Assembly (NCBI GenBank): GCA_002403385.1 | Contig: DHHR01000064.1 | Span: 782-64,781 of the forward strand | Length of the DNA: 64,000 nucleotides | DNA from: Syntrophaceae bacterium UBA4767 | GTDB lineage: Bacteria; Desulfobacterota; Syntrophia; Syntrophales; UBA4767 | Reading direction: 5' to 3' | Shown here: positions 35,877-45,406 of the stretch, piece by piece | How the letters are laid out: each line of letters starts with the position of its first letter | Numbering within the stretch: the first letter of the stretch is position 1 | Program-made: the position numbers and the translations under genes | Notes under the pieces: model-generated | Told to the model about the DNA's origin: nothing | Seen by the model: only the letters and a program-made list of their open reading frames with translations | Database searches by the model: none

Positions 35877-37397
35877 TTGAGTATCCATACATATAATGAA
35901 CTAGCAGCCCTTCACGCTATAGCAAAAATTCTAGCTCAGCCCGGAGATTTGCACGAACAGCTCGAGCAGGTTTTGCAGGAGATGAGTTTGCGTCTAGGTA
36001 TGCAACGCGGGATGATATCCCTTGTTGACCGTGGGAAAAACGAGATTTGGTTGGACATAGCTCATGATATTAAAATCAACGGTTTGGATGTGACCTACAA
36101 ACCCGGTGAAGGCATTACCGGAAAAGTTGCACAAACCGCCCGTCCTATAGCTGTAGCTAACCTAGGGCAAGAAATGCATTTTCTTGATCGCACTGGAGCT
36201 CGTCGCCATTTGAACCGCTCAAATCTTTCTTTTTTGTGCGTGCCGATTATATATGATTGCGGAGTGGTTGGAGTTTTATCTGCCGACAAGGTTACAACGC
36301 AAGTTGAATATCTTGAACAGGAATTAGCTTTGTTGTCATCCGTGGCCGAACTTATGTCTAAAGCCGTGCATATCCGTGCCTTGGAAGAAGAAAACAAACG
36401 ATTACGCAAAATTGTCGGTAGCACACACTCACCATCTATGGACATTATCGGACATTCCAAGTCTATGCAGGAGATTTTTGGTCTTGTTGCACAAGTTGCT
36501 GATTCAAATACAACCGTCTTGATTACAGGGGAAACAGGAACGGGGAAAGAGCTGATTGCGCGCGCTATTCATAATAACTCACCGCGTAAAGACGGGCCTT
36601 TCATACAGGTTAATTGTGCGGCGATTCCCGATACACTTATCGAAAGTGAATTGTTCGGCCATAAAAGAGGCGCTTTTACCGGGGCTTACCAGCAATACCG
36701 CGGACGTTTTGAGGAAGCCAATGGCGGCACTATTTTTTTGGATGAAGTTGGGGAACTATCTGCTTCCGCGCAAGTTAAACTCTTGCGTATTCTGCAGGAT
36801 AAGAAATTGCAACCATTGGGTTCTTCGAGAGTTATCAATGTAAATGTGCGTATCATAGCCGCAACCAATAGAGACCTCGAACAGGATATGCTAGCCAAGC
36901 GTTTTCGTGCCGATTTGTTCTACCGTTTGAATGTATTTCACATACACCTACCGCCTCTTCGTGAGCGCGGCAGCGATGTAATTCTGCTGGCTGATCATTT
37001 TCTGCTAACATATAATAAAGAAATGGGGAAAAGTGTTAAACGGATTTCGAATGCCGCTATTCAAGTATTTCTCTCCTATAAATGGCCAGGGAATGTTCGC
37101 GAACTGGAAAACTGTATAGAACGGGGAATATTGCTAGCCCAAGCGGAGGTTTTGGACTACGAGCATTTACCTCCCTCTATGAAATTACCGGATCATAAAT
37201 ATCACGGCAAGATTTCTTCCATTGTTGAAGCCCAGGAAAGATTCCTGATTATTGAAGCTCTTGAAGAAACAGGCGGTAATCAGACTAAAGCAGCTGAGAT
37301 ACTGGGTACGACTAAACGCATTATTCAATATAAAATTTCGAAATTGGGACTGGACCCAAAGAAATACCGCAAAAAATATACAACTTCCCCAGAATAA
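35877..37397 (+). CDS. Sigma54-dependent transcriptional activator (GAF, AAA+, Fis-HTH; NifA-like architecture)
   Basis: TTG start. 'GETGTGKE', '[15 protein letters not shown]' and the C-terminal HTH '[20 protein letters not shown]'. The N-terminus is GAF-like. Confidence 0.9.
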   Translation: MSIHTYNELAALHAIAKILAQPGDLHEQLEQVLQEMSLRLGMQRGMISLVDRGKNEIWLDIAHDIKINGLDVTYKPGEGITGKVAQTARPIAVANLGQEMHFLDRTGARRHLNRSNLSFLCVPIIYDCGVVGVLSADKVTTQVEYLEQELALLSSVAELMSKAVHIRALEEENKRLRKIVGSTHSPSMDIIGHSKSMQEIFGLVAQVADSNTTVLITGETGTGKELIARAIHNNSPRKDGPFIQVNCAAIPDTLIESELFGHKRGAFTGAYQQYRGRFEEANGGTIFLDEVGELSASAQVKLLRILQDKKLQPLGSSRVINVNVRIIAATNRDLEQDMLAKRFRADLFYRLNVFHIHLPPLRERGSDVILLADHFLLTYNKEMGKSVKRISNAAIQVFLSYKWPGNVRELENCIERGILLAQAEVLDYEHLPPSMKLPDHKYHGKISSIVEAQERFLIIEALEETGGNQTKAAEILGTTKRIIQYKISKLGLDPKKYRKKYTTSPE

Positions 37398-37420
37398 AAC
37401 CCTCCTCACGTATTTGCCTT

Positions 37421-37465
37421 TAATCGAACAAAATTGATTCACGATTTCATAATCGAACAAAATTG
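37421..37465 (+). promoter_or_regulatory. Two identical 16-nt direct repeats; candidate activator binding sites
   Basis: TAATCGAACAAAATTG occurs at 37421-37436 and 37450-37465 (29 nt start to start). The sites lie about 90-135 nt upstream of the -24 element. Confidence 0.4.
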
Positions 37466-37554
37466 TTACTTTTACTGCTTCGTAAATGGATATTCTCCCC
37501 CTTGATAACATCTAATTGTCCATAATTAAGTGATATCTTACAATTTATCGGTAT

Positions 37555-37570
37555 TGGCACGATTTTGGCA
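37555..37570 (+). promoter_or_regulatory. Sigma54 (-24/-12) promoter of the GOGAT/glnN operon
   Basis: TGGCACGATTTTGGCA has GG (37556-37557) and GC (37568-37569) in canonical spacing. There is one mismatch to TGGCACG-N4-TTGCW. It lies 55 nt before the GTG start. Confidence 0.7.
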
Positions 37571-37625
37571 ATTAAATAATGGCATCTCTAGATATGGCTA
37601 TTGCTTACTTTTTAGGAGGTAAAAT

Positions 37626-38756
37626 GTGTGTCGCCTGCTTTCAATAACAAGCACTGATCCGATTTCGCCAATGGTTGCTATCCGCGCCATTGACGTGATG
37701 AAAGAAGGACACGATGGTTCCGGTGTTGGATTATTTCTAACTGATCTCGGCGGTGAGTTTTACAATTTTAAAGATGAGCCTATTCTTTCCGGTATTTTTT
37801 CCAACGAAGGGCTTAGAAATCTTGACCGATATATGATTGATCATGATTTTATGGTCAAATACAAACTTTCTATAAAACCAGCAAAGAATCCCCCGGTGGG
37901 AACCCCTAAAAGAGATAATTACGTCATTAGGGTTTATGAATATCCGGAAGAATGGAAAGGGCTGAGCAAGGAAGAAATAGAATACCGCCTGATGATGGTG
38001 CAATTACAACTGCGCTATATGGGTGAAGAAGATGAATCCATGCTCATTTTCAGCTTCTGGCCGGATGTTATTATTATAAAAGAAGTAGGAGATCCAATGG
38101 CAGTGGCCCATCATCTGGGGCTGGACCGTGAAGAACTCATGGCGCGTGTCATTCTTGCCCAAGGGCGCCAAAATACAAATTACACCATTAATATTTATGC
38201 CTGTCATCCTTTCTTTATTCAGGGTATGGCGACAGCAACAAATGGAGAAAATACCGCGTTTATTCCCATTCGGGAGTTTTTAATTTCCCGTAAATTCCCC
38301 GGCTACGCGGGTTATCAATCCGATTCAGAGGTTTTCACGCATATTTTGCATTATATGCATAATCATCTGGGTATGGGAATTGAAATGTACAAGCATATTA
38401 TAACTCCTCTCAAAGATAACGAACTGGACGATCATCCGAATGGAATATGGCTGAGAAAATTAAAGCAATGTTGTCGTCCCTTGATCGTCGACGGTCCTAA
38501 TTGCATCATTGGATGCCTGCCAGATAAATCTGTGTTCATGGTGCAGGATTCTAAAAAACTTCGTCCTGGCGTTGTCGGTGGTCGTCCGGGTGTATTCGCG
38601 TTTTCTTCGGAAATGTGTGGTTTGAATGCAGCGATTCCGGACAGTTACATTAATTTAGATTATCAACCAATGAAGTATGAAACAGTTATAGTCCGTAGCG
38701 AGCGGCAGAAGATAGAAATATGGAATCAGTTGGAAGCATTAACCCATCCACATTGA
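37626..38756 (+). CDS. Glutamate synthase domain 1 homologue (class-II, Ntn glutamine amidotransferase), stand-alone
   Basis: GTG start after an AGGAGG Shine-Dalgarno. 'MCRLL' places the nucleophile Cys directly after the initiator Met. 376 aa. Confidence 0.85.
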   Translation: MCRLLSITSTDPISPMVAIRAIDVMKEGHDGSGVGLFLTDLGGEFYNFKDEPILSGIFSNEGLRNLDRYMIDHDFMVKYKLSIKPAKNPPVGTPKRDNYVIRVYEYPEEWKGLSKEEIEYRLMMVQLQLRYMGEEDESMLIFSFWPDVIIIKEVGDPMAVAHHLGLDREELMARVILAQGRQNTNYTINIYACHPFFIQGMATATNGENTAFIPIREFLISRKFPGYAGYQSDSEVFTHILHYMHNHLGMGIEMYKHIITPLKDNELDDHPNGIWLRKLKQCCRPLIVDGPNCIIGCLPDKSVFMVQDSKKLRPGVVGGRPGVFAFSSEMCGLNAAIPDSYINLDYQPMKYETVIVRSERQKIEIWNQLEALTHPH

Positions 38757-40354
38757 GCGTTAAAGACCTGCCCTGGCAGATAATGTGGAACAAAGACAAA
38801 TGCGCGCTTTGCGGCCACTGCACGACTGTGTGTCCCGTGCGTGCCATTGAACTGGGGGTGCATCGCAAACGCGTCCTGCAAGTTTCTATCGGCCTGGAAG
38901 AAAAACCCTGCAATTTATTGTCCGTTTATTTCGGGATCGCTCAGAGAACGGATGTCGCGCACGCCTGCGTCGGGTGCGGCATGTGCAACATGGTTTGCCC
39001 CAACAATGCGATCATGCCATTGCGATCTGATGAAATTGATAAACTCCGGTTTCATGTCAACCAGGGCGGTGAACCCCGTCGCCGTGGTGGCAGGCGTAAT
39101 TCTCCAGATAGTATTTTGGATAAAATCAAATTTGTCCGTATTTCCATGTTGACTGATCCGGCGCTTGACGCGGGGCGTCATGAATTCGAATTAAGAACCA
39201 TGCTGGGCAGGATTTTGCCGCCGGAGGAGATGCAAAAGGTCAGCATCGAAAACGGTTGGATGCCGCCGGTGCGCGAGCTTTACCCGCTAATCATCGGAAG
39301 CATGTCTTTCGGAGCTCTTTCTCCGAACATGTGGGAAGGTCTACAGATGGGCGTGGCTTATCTCAATGAAGAACTGGGCATGCCCGTGCGCATCTGCACT
39401 GGTGAAGGTGGATGTCCCGCGCGCCTTCTGAAATCACGCTTTCTGAAATACGTCATTTTGCAAATCGCCAGCGGTTATTTTGGCTGGGATGAAATTATTC
39501 ATAATCTTCCTTATATGAAAGAAGACCCCTGCGCGATTGAGATAAAATATGGCCAAGGCGCCAAACCCGGCGACGGTGGTTTGCTGATGTGGCACAAGGT
39601 TAACAAACTGATTGCTGCCGTCCGTGGGGTACCGCAGGGCGTTACTCTATCTAGCCCGCCGACTCATCAGACCAAATACTCCATTGAGGAAGCCGTGGCC
39701 AAGATGATTCAGTCCATGTACATGGCATGGGGTTTCCGCGTGCCGGTTTATCCTAAAATATCGGCTACTAGCACATTGCTGGCGGTGCTCAATAATCTGA
39801 CACGGAATCCTTATGCCGCCGGTCTGGCCATTGACGGCGAAGACGGGGGAACTGGAGCCGCCTACAATGTTTCCATGAATCATATGGGACATCCCATTGC
39901 CAGTAATTTGCGTGATGCTTATCTGAATCTAGTCAAAATCGGCAAACAGAATGAGATTCCTCTTTTTGCAGGCGGAGGCATCGGCAAGAATGGCAATCTC
40001 GCCGCCAATGCTGCCGCCATGATCATGCTGGGTGCGAGTGGCGTGCAGACCGGAAAATATATCATGCAAGCGGCTGCCGGTTGTCTGGGGTCGGAAGGTG
40101 ATCGCTGCAATGTGTGCAATATCGGCGTGTGTCCCAAGGGCATCACGTCTCAGGATTCACGCCTATATCGCCGGCTTGACCCGGAAAAAGTTGCCCAGCG
40201 TATTGTGGATGTGTTTTCGAGTTTTGACATGGAATTAAAGAAGATTGTCGCGCCACTGGGTCGTTCCACTTCCCTCCCCATCGGCATGTCCGACGCGCTG
40301 GGCATCGCTGATGCTGATGCAGCGGACAGGTTGAAGATAAAGTGCGTTTTATAA
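38720..40354 (+). CDS. Glutamate synthase FMN-binding domain protein with an N-terminal 2x[4Fe-4S] ferredoxin module
   Basis: 'CALCGHCTTVCP' and 'CVGCGMCNMVCP', then 'EIKYGQGAKPGDGG' and 'DGEDGGTGAA'. It overlaps the upstream gene by 37 nt. Confidence 0.85.
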   Translation: MESVGSINPSTLSVKDLPWQIMWNKDKCALCGHCTTVCPVRAIELGVHRKRVLQVSIGLEEKPCNLLSVYFGIAQRTDVAHACVGCGMCNMVCPNNAIMPLRSDEIDKLRFHVNQGGEPRRRGGRRNSPDSILDKIKFVRISMLTDPALDAGRHEFELRTMLGRILPPEEMQKVSIENGWMPPVRELYPLIIGSMSFGALSPNMWEGLQMGVAYLNEELGMPVRICTGEGGCPARLLKSRFLKYVILQIASGYFGWDEIIHNLPYMKEDPCAIEIKYGQGAKPGDGGLLMWHKVNKLIAAVRGVPQGVTLSSPPTHQTKYSIEEAVAKMIQSMYMAWGFRVPVYPKISATSTLLAVLNNLTRNPYAAGLAIDGEDGGTGAAYNVSMNHMGHPIASNLRDAYLNLVKIGKQNEIPLFAGGGIGKNGNLAANAAAMIMLGASGVQTGKYIMQAAAGCLGSEGDRCNVCNIGVCPKGITSQDSRLYRRLDPEKVAQRIVDVFSSFDMELKKIVAPLGRSTSLPIGMSDALGIADADAADRLKIKCVL

Positions 40355-40374
40355 GATGGGCATTATAAACAATT

Positions 40375-42711
40375 ATGACTAAGCAAGAATCAAGAGAAAT
40401 AGCCGGGCAGGAAAATGGTATTCGCGTTGAATCTCGCGTGATGGAGGAGCAAATTCAGCGTGCCGTTTTGGGAGGCTATCGCCACATTAAAGTAAAGGCT
40501 TACGGTCAACACGGTATCGGCGGCCGTCTCTGGAGAGCCGGAGAAGGGCAGATTAAAGTTGATGTGACGGGAATGTCCGGCCAGCGTCTAGGGTCCATGG
40601 GGTTTGCCAATACCGTAATTGAAGCGTTCAGCTCCGCTTCCGACGATGTCGGCTGGCTCAATGCCGGCGCCCAAATTATCGTCCACGGCAATGCAACCAA
40701 CGGTGTCGCCAATGCTATGGCTCAGGGGAAAATTTATATTGACGGCAATATCGGCGCCCGCGGTATGACTATGACGAAACACAATCCGCGTTTCAAGCCC
40801 CCGGAGCTTTGGGTGTTCGGCAAGGCAGGCGATTCGTTTGCCGAATTCATGGCCGGTGGCATTGCTGTGGTTTGCGGCGTTGGAGCCGAGCGGGAAAACG
40901 ATGTTCTTGGTTATCGTCCCTGCGTGGGCATGGTGGGAGGAAAGATTTTCTTTCGCGGTCGGCAACGCTCTTACAGTAAAGAAGATGCGCGACTCTTTAC
41001 TGAACTGCCGGATGATGAATGGCGGTGGCTGAAAAACAATCTAAGTCTTTTCTTAAAAGGCATCGGCAAGGAATACCTTTTTGATGAACTAACCTCCAAA
41101 CGTGCACATTGGAATCTTTTGATTGCCTTAGAACCATCTGAGAAAAAGGGACGGGCATTGCGTCCAATGAGCGTTTACCGAAAGGAGCAGTGGGAGCGGG
41201 AACTGGGCAAGGGCGGTTTGATCGGTGATCTGACTACTGCAGATCGTACGTCCATCGGTTTGATTACCACTGGCGCATTACGACGATTTGCGCCGGTCTG
41301 GGCTAATGAAAAATACTTGCCGCCCTGTCAGGCGCATTGTCCCACTGGCATTCCGGTACAAAAAAGATGGGAACTCATCCGCAAGGGGAAAATGCAGGAG
41401 GCGGTCAATCTCGCGCTGGAATACACCCCTTTCCCCGCAACAGTTTGCGGCTATCTCTGCCCAAATCTGTGTATGGAGAATTGTTCGCGCCAAAAAGTCA
41501 ATCTGCCTTCCGTGGATGTGACGGTTATGGGAAAAGCTTCCCTGAATGCCAAAGAACCCAAACCGCTTCCCGTTACCGGCAGGAAAATAGCCGTCATCGG
41601 CGGGGGGGCGGCCGGTCTCTCCGTGGCTTGGCAGTTATGGATGAAGGGCCATGAAGCCGTCGTTTTCGAGGGCAGGGAAAAACTAGGCGGCAAGGTTACG
41701 GAAACGATTCCGCAGAGCCGCATTCCGAATGATGTCATTGAACATGAAATCAACCGATTCGCAAAGAATGTGCGTCATGTTCATTACGGCACTGTCCTGA
41801 CAAAGGAAAATTTCTGGAAACTGAAGAATGAATTCGACGTTGTCGTCATCGCTGCCGGAGCAGTCAAATCGAAGAATATTAATGTTCCGGGAATAGACAA
41901 GGCCATGACAGCGCTTGATTTCTTGAAACAAAGCAAACTCGACCGCGTCAAGGTCGGGGAAAACGTGGTGATCATCGGGGCCGGTAACGTCGGTTGTGAT
42001 GCCGCAACGGAAGCCTTTCGTCTGGGCGCCAAAACCGTCACACTAATTGACGTTCAGCAGCCGGCTTCTTTCGGAGCGGAAAGACGTCACGCGGAAGCGG
42101 CCGGAGCGAAGTTTATTTGGCCCAGTTCCTCCAAAGCCATCACGGTTAAAGGCGTGGAGCTGACCGACGGGAAAACACTTCCTGCGGATACGGTTATTGT
42201 CGCCGTCGGCGATTTGCCGGATTTGTCTTTTCTGCCGGAAGAAATCATTACGAAGGACGGATTTGTCGCGGTGGATAAACAATTCCGTACCAATGATGAG
42301 CAAGTATTTGCCATCGGCGATGTCGTCAAACCGGGACTGCTCACCGAAGCAATCGGCGCGGGAAGAATTGCCGCCCGGGCGATCGATAATCAGTTAAGAG
42401 GCGTCAATGAAACTAACGCTCAACCGCCGCCGATTGATTTTCACCGGGTGAAAACAGAATATTTCGATTCACGCATCAAGAGTTTTTCCGATCCGGTATC
42501 CTGCGCGACGAATTGTTTGTCTTGCGGCGCCTGTCGCGACTGTGGCATGTGCGAAACGATTTGTCCGCAAAACGCGATTTCGCGCAAGGGGCTGAACGGA
42601 GACAATTATGAATATATAGTTAATGAAGACCTTTGCATTGGTTGCGGTTTCTGCGCTGGCGTTTGTCCTACCGGTGTCTGGGAAATCGTGGAAAATATAC
42701 GCTTAGAATAA
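40375..42711 (+). CDS. Fusion of the GXGXG domain (GltB C-terminal domain), a GltD-like Fe-S/FAD-NAD(P)H oxidoreductase and a C-terminal 2x[4Fe-4S] ferredoxin
   Basis: N-terminal beta-helix repeats ('GQHGIGGRL', 'IIVHGNATNGVANAM', 'IYIDGNIGARG'). 'CQAHCPTGIPV...CGYLCPNLCMENCSR'. 'KIAVIGGGAAGLS'. 'CLSCGACRDCGMCETICP' and 'CIGCGFCAGVCP'. Confidence 0.85.
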   Translation: MTKQESREIAGQENGIRVESRVMEEQIQRAVLGGYRHIKVKAYGQHGIGGRLWRAGEGQIKVDVTGMSGQRLGSMGFANTVIEAFSSASDDVGWLNAGAQIIVHGNATNGVANAMAQGKIYIDGNIGARGMTMTKHNPRFKPPELWVFGKAGDSFAEFMAGGIAVVCGVGAERENDVLGYRPCVGMVGGKIFFRGRQRSYSKEDARLFTELPDDEWRWLKNNLSLFLKGIGKEYLFDELTSKRAHWNLLIALEPSEKKGRALRPMSVYRKEQWERELGKGGLIGDLTTADRTSIGLITTGALRRFAPVWANEKYLPPCQAHCPTGIPVQKRWELIRKGKMQEAVNLALEYTPFPATVCGYLCPNLCMENCSRQKVNLPSVDVTVMGKASLNAKEPKPLPVTGRKIAVIGGGAAGLSVAWQLWMKGHEAVVFEGREKLGGKVTETIPQSRIPNDVIEHEINRFAKNVRHVHYGTVLTKENFWKLKNEFDVVVIAAGAVKSKNINVPGIDKAMTALDFLKQSKLDRVKVGENVVIIGAGNVGCDAATEAFRLGAKTVTLIDVQQPASFGAERRHAEAAGAKFIWPSSSKAITVKGVELTDGKTLPADTVIVAVGDLPDLSFLPEEIITKDGFVAVDKQFRTNDEQVFAIGDVVKPGLLTEAIGAGRIAARAIDNQLRGVNETNAQPPPIDFHRVKTEYFDSRIKSFSDPVSCATNCLSCGACRDCGMCETICPQNAISRKGLNGDNYEYIVNEDLCIGCGFCAGVCPTGVWEIVENIRLE

Positions 42712-42739
42712 AACATTTAAGAATGAGGATGACAAAAAG

Positions 42740-44911
42740 ATGAAAAAAACGAAACAAACCACCGCGGCAGAAAGAGATTATCTGATCGAAAAGGAAAAAT
42801 TTGTTTCCGTATCGCAGTATTTCGGAGAGGATACTTTCAATCGCAAAGCAATGAAGGAGAGACTTCCCGAAGATGCCTTTCAGAAATTAATGAACGCTAT
42901 AAATGAAGAGAAGAAACTCGATGCCAAAACGGCGGATATCATTGCCGAAGCTATTAAAAACTGGGCGTTGGAGAAAGGTGCCACGCATTTTGCCCACTGG
43001 TTTCAGCCGATGACTGGCATTACTGCGGAAAAACATGACGCATTTATTGAGCCCTGCGGCGATGATCAGGTTATTGAAAAATTTTTCGGCAAACAGCTTG
43101 TACAGGGTGAACCGGACGCGTCAAGTTTCCCGTCCGGCGGCATTCGCTCTACGTTTGAAGCGCGCGGTTACACGGCATGGGATATGTCCTCGCCGGCTTT
43201 TATCAAACGAAACGGAATTTCTACGACTCTTTGCATTCCCACAGTTTTTATTTCTTATACCGGAGAGGCGCTGGATAAGAAGACGCCACTGCTGCGTTCC
43301 ATCCGCGCGTTGAGCAACAGCGCTGTTAATATGTTGAAACTTTTAGGCGCAAAGAACATCAAAAAAGTTCATGCCACATTAGGGCCTGAGCAGGAATATT
43401 TTTTGATTGATATGGATTATTTTTTCAAACGGCAGGATCTTGTACTTAGTGGCCGTACCATTGTCGGCGCCCCTCCGGCGAAAGGTCAGGAATTGGAAGA
43501 TCAGTATTTCGGCAGCATTAAAGAAAGAATATCTTCTTATATGCATGATGTGGAAGAGGAACTGTTCAAACTTGGCGTTCCGGCGAAAACCAGACATAAT
43601 GAAGTGGCTCCTTCCCAGTTCGAGATAGCTCCTGCCTTTGAAGAAGCTAATCTGGCTGTGGATCATAATCAAATTGTTATGGATACCATGAAGGCGGTAG
43701 CTAAAAAACATAATCTTGCCTGCCTTCTTCATGAAAAGCCTTTCGCCAAGATAAATGGTTCCGGAAAACACTTAAACTGGTCGCTTGCCGATAACAACGG
43801 GAACAATTTATTGAATCCCGGTAGCACCCCTCATGAAAATATTACATTTCTGGTATTTCTGATTGCTGTAGTTCGCGCTGTTTATAAGAATGCCGATATA
43901 CTTCGCGCATCTGTTGCGACCTATGCCAACGATCACAGACTTGGCGCTAATGAAGCGCCGCCGGCGATTATCTCTGTATTTCTTGGCGAGCAACTTACCG
44001 AAATTCTTGCCAATATTGAAAAAGGGATTGTTGCAAAAGCCACAAATGCTGAAATTATCGATTTGGGTGTTTCCTCGCTGCCAATATTGAGTAAGGATAA
44101 TTCCGATCGTAACAGAACGTCACCATTTGCCTTTACCGGTAACAAATTCGAATTCAGGGCGGTTGGTTCATCGCAGTCTATTTCTTTCCCCAGCGCGGTG
44201 CTGAATACAATTGTGGCTGAAAGCATGGATTATTTGGCTGAAAAGATTAAAGCGAAAAACACCAAAAATCTTAATCAGGCTGTATTTGAGGTTTTGAAAA
44301 GCGAAATTAAAGAGATAAAACCTGTACTGTTCAATGGTGATAACTACACAAAAGAATGGGAAATAGAAGCAGGCAAACGGGGCTTGCCAAATTATAAAAC
44401 AACGCCCATAGCCTTGAAAGCGCTGATTACTGGCAAGGCATTCAATCTTTTTGAGAAATATAATGTTCTTTCCAAGGTAGAATTACAATCGCGTTATATC
44501 ATTTATCTGGAAAAGTATATTAAAGACATGGAAATTGAAGTCAAATGTCTCAATAACATTTGCCTGAGTCAAATAATTCCGGCAGCGGTTGCTTATCAGG
44601 AAACGCTGGCGAAAACTATTATTACTACTAAAGAAGCGCTCGGTTCGGCGGCTATTGTTTCTTCTGAGGTGGAAATGTTAAAGAAAACAATAGACCTGAT
44701 TAACAGTATATATTCTATCAACAAGGAAATTCTGGACAAAGTTGAAGCAGCCGCCGCAATTCACGACGAAGCGAAAAAAGCTGATACTCTTTGCACTAAG
44801 GTCAAACCAAAGATGGATAAACTTAGGGAATATACCGATGTGTTGGAAGTTTTGGTTGACGATGACATGTGGCCATTACCGAAGTTTTGGGAAATGCTGT
44901 TTATCAGCTAA
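42740..44911 (+). CDS. glnN: Glutamine synthetase type III
   Basis: 723 aa, the type III length. N-terminal 'SQYFGEDTFNRKAMKERLP' and a catalytic region 'NGSGKHLNWSL'. Confidence 0.9.
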   Translation: MKKTKQTTAAERDYLIEKEKFVSVSQYFGEDTFNRKAMKERLPEDAFQKLMNAINEEKKLDAKTADIIAEAIKNWALEKGATHFAHWFQPMTGITAEKHDAFIEPCGDDQVIEKFFGKQLVQGEPDASSFPSGGIRSTFEARGYTAWDMSSPAFIKRNGISTTLCIPTVFISYTGEALDKKTPLLRSIRALSNSAVNMLKLLGAKNIKKVHATLGPEQEYFLIDMDYFFKRQDLVLSGRTIVGAPPAKGQELEDQYFGSIKERISSYMHDVEEELFKLGVPAKTRHNEVAPSQFEIAPAFEEANLAVDHNQIVMDTMKAVAKKHNLACLLHEKPFAKINGSGKHLNWSLADNNGNNLLNPGSTPHENITFLVFLIAVVRAVYKNADILRASVATYANDHRLGANEAPPAIISVFLGEQLTEILANIEKGIVAKATNAEIIDLGVSSLPILSKDNSDRNRTSPFAFTGNKFEFRAVGSSQSISFPSAVLNTIVAESMDYLAEKIKAKNTKNLNQAVFEVLKSEIKEIKPVLFNGDNYTKEWEIEAGKRGLPNYKTTPIALKALITGKAFNLFEKYNVLSKVELQSRYIIYLEKYIKDMEIEVKCLNNICLSQIIPAAVAYQETLAKTIITTKEALGSAAIVSSEVEMLKKTIDLINSIYSINKEILDKVEAAAAIHDEAKKADTLCTKVKPKMDKLREYTDVLEVLVDDDMWPLPKFWEMLFIS

Positions 44912-44915
44912 TAAT

Positions 44916-45070
44916 GATGGTCTCGTAAAAAGGCGGAGATGTCACCCTGAGCTGTTTGTCCTGAGTTTACCGAAGGGTCGAAGGGTGAACATAACTAATT
45001 GATATTACGTCATGGTTCGACAGGCTCACCATGACAAAACCCGCGAATTTTGACTTTTTACGATTTTGTC
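44916..45070 (+). mobile_element. MITE-A copy (155 bp), inserted 4 nt after the glnN stop
   Basis: The ends are GATGGTCTCGTAAAAAG / CTTTTTACGATTTTGTC. A perfect 6-bp duplication AATAAT sits at 44910-44915 and 45071-45076; the left copy overlaps the glnN TAA. Confidence 0.75.
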
Positions 45071-45090
45071 AATAATGATTAAAAGATAAA

Positions 45091-45263
45091 GAGACCTTTG
45101 AAAAACGGCCTCTCGCGTCATTCCGACGCGTCACCCCGATGAAAATCGGGGCGGAATCTATAACAGCTTGAAAACACTGGATTCCCCCGTATCGAGTACG
45201 GGGCAGGCTCAAGTCAAGCACGGAATGACGGCAAGGCGATTTAATCACAAATTCAAAGGTCTC
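45091..45263 (+). mobile_element. MITE-B copy 2 (173 bp), inserted in the arm of the glnN terminator palindrome
   Basis: It has the same 12-bp TIRs as copy 1 and a 5-bp duplication ATAAA (45086-45090 and 45264-45268). It carries about 25 extra internal nt (a CCCCGTA...TACGGGG hairpin) relative to copy 1. Confidence 0.75.
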
Positions 45264-45268
45264 ATAAA

Positions 45269-45300
45269 GGGAACGGCCTAGACCGTTCCCTTTATCTTTT
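45269..45300 (+). terminator. Rho-independent terminator core downstream of glnN
   Basis: GGGAACGG-cctaga-CCGTTCCC is followed by TTTATCTTTT. Removing MITE-B and one TSD copy restores a perfect 25-bp-arm palindrome (45074-45090 plus 45269-45307). Confidence 0.6.
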
Positions 45301-45305
45301 AATCA

Positions 45306-45334
45306 TTGACGAGACTGTAAAAAAAAGCTAGACA
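45306..45334 (+). promoter_or_regulatory. Candidate sigma70-type promoter for carA
   Basis: TTGACG (45306-45311), a 17-nt spacer, then TAGACA (45329-45334). The -10 element is weak. Confidence 0.3.
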
Positions 45335-45406
45335 CTCCCCACCCGTAAGACGTTTATTTACTTAGAGAATCTAAATACATTAGTTTCACCGGGAGATAAA
45401 AAACAG

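Noticed and set aside
37398-37554. I looked for the NifA upstream activator sequence TGT-N10-ACA ahead of the sigma54 promoter.
   Set aside because: No instance is present. Only the TAATCGAACAAAATTG direct repeats stand out, so the activator should not be assumed to be a true NifA.
35658-45070. The GOGAT/GS module is bracketed by two same-orientation MITE-A copies, which suggested a composite transposon.
   Set aside because: Each MITE has its own matching target-site duplication (ATACTT/AAACTT and AATAAT/AATAAT). The outer flanks do not match each other. They are independent insertions. Horizontal origin of the module stays possible but is not shown by the MITEs.
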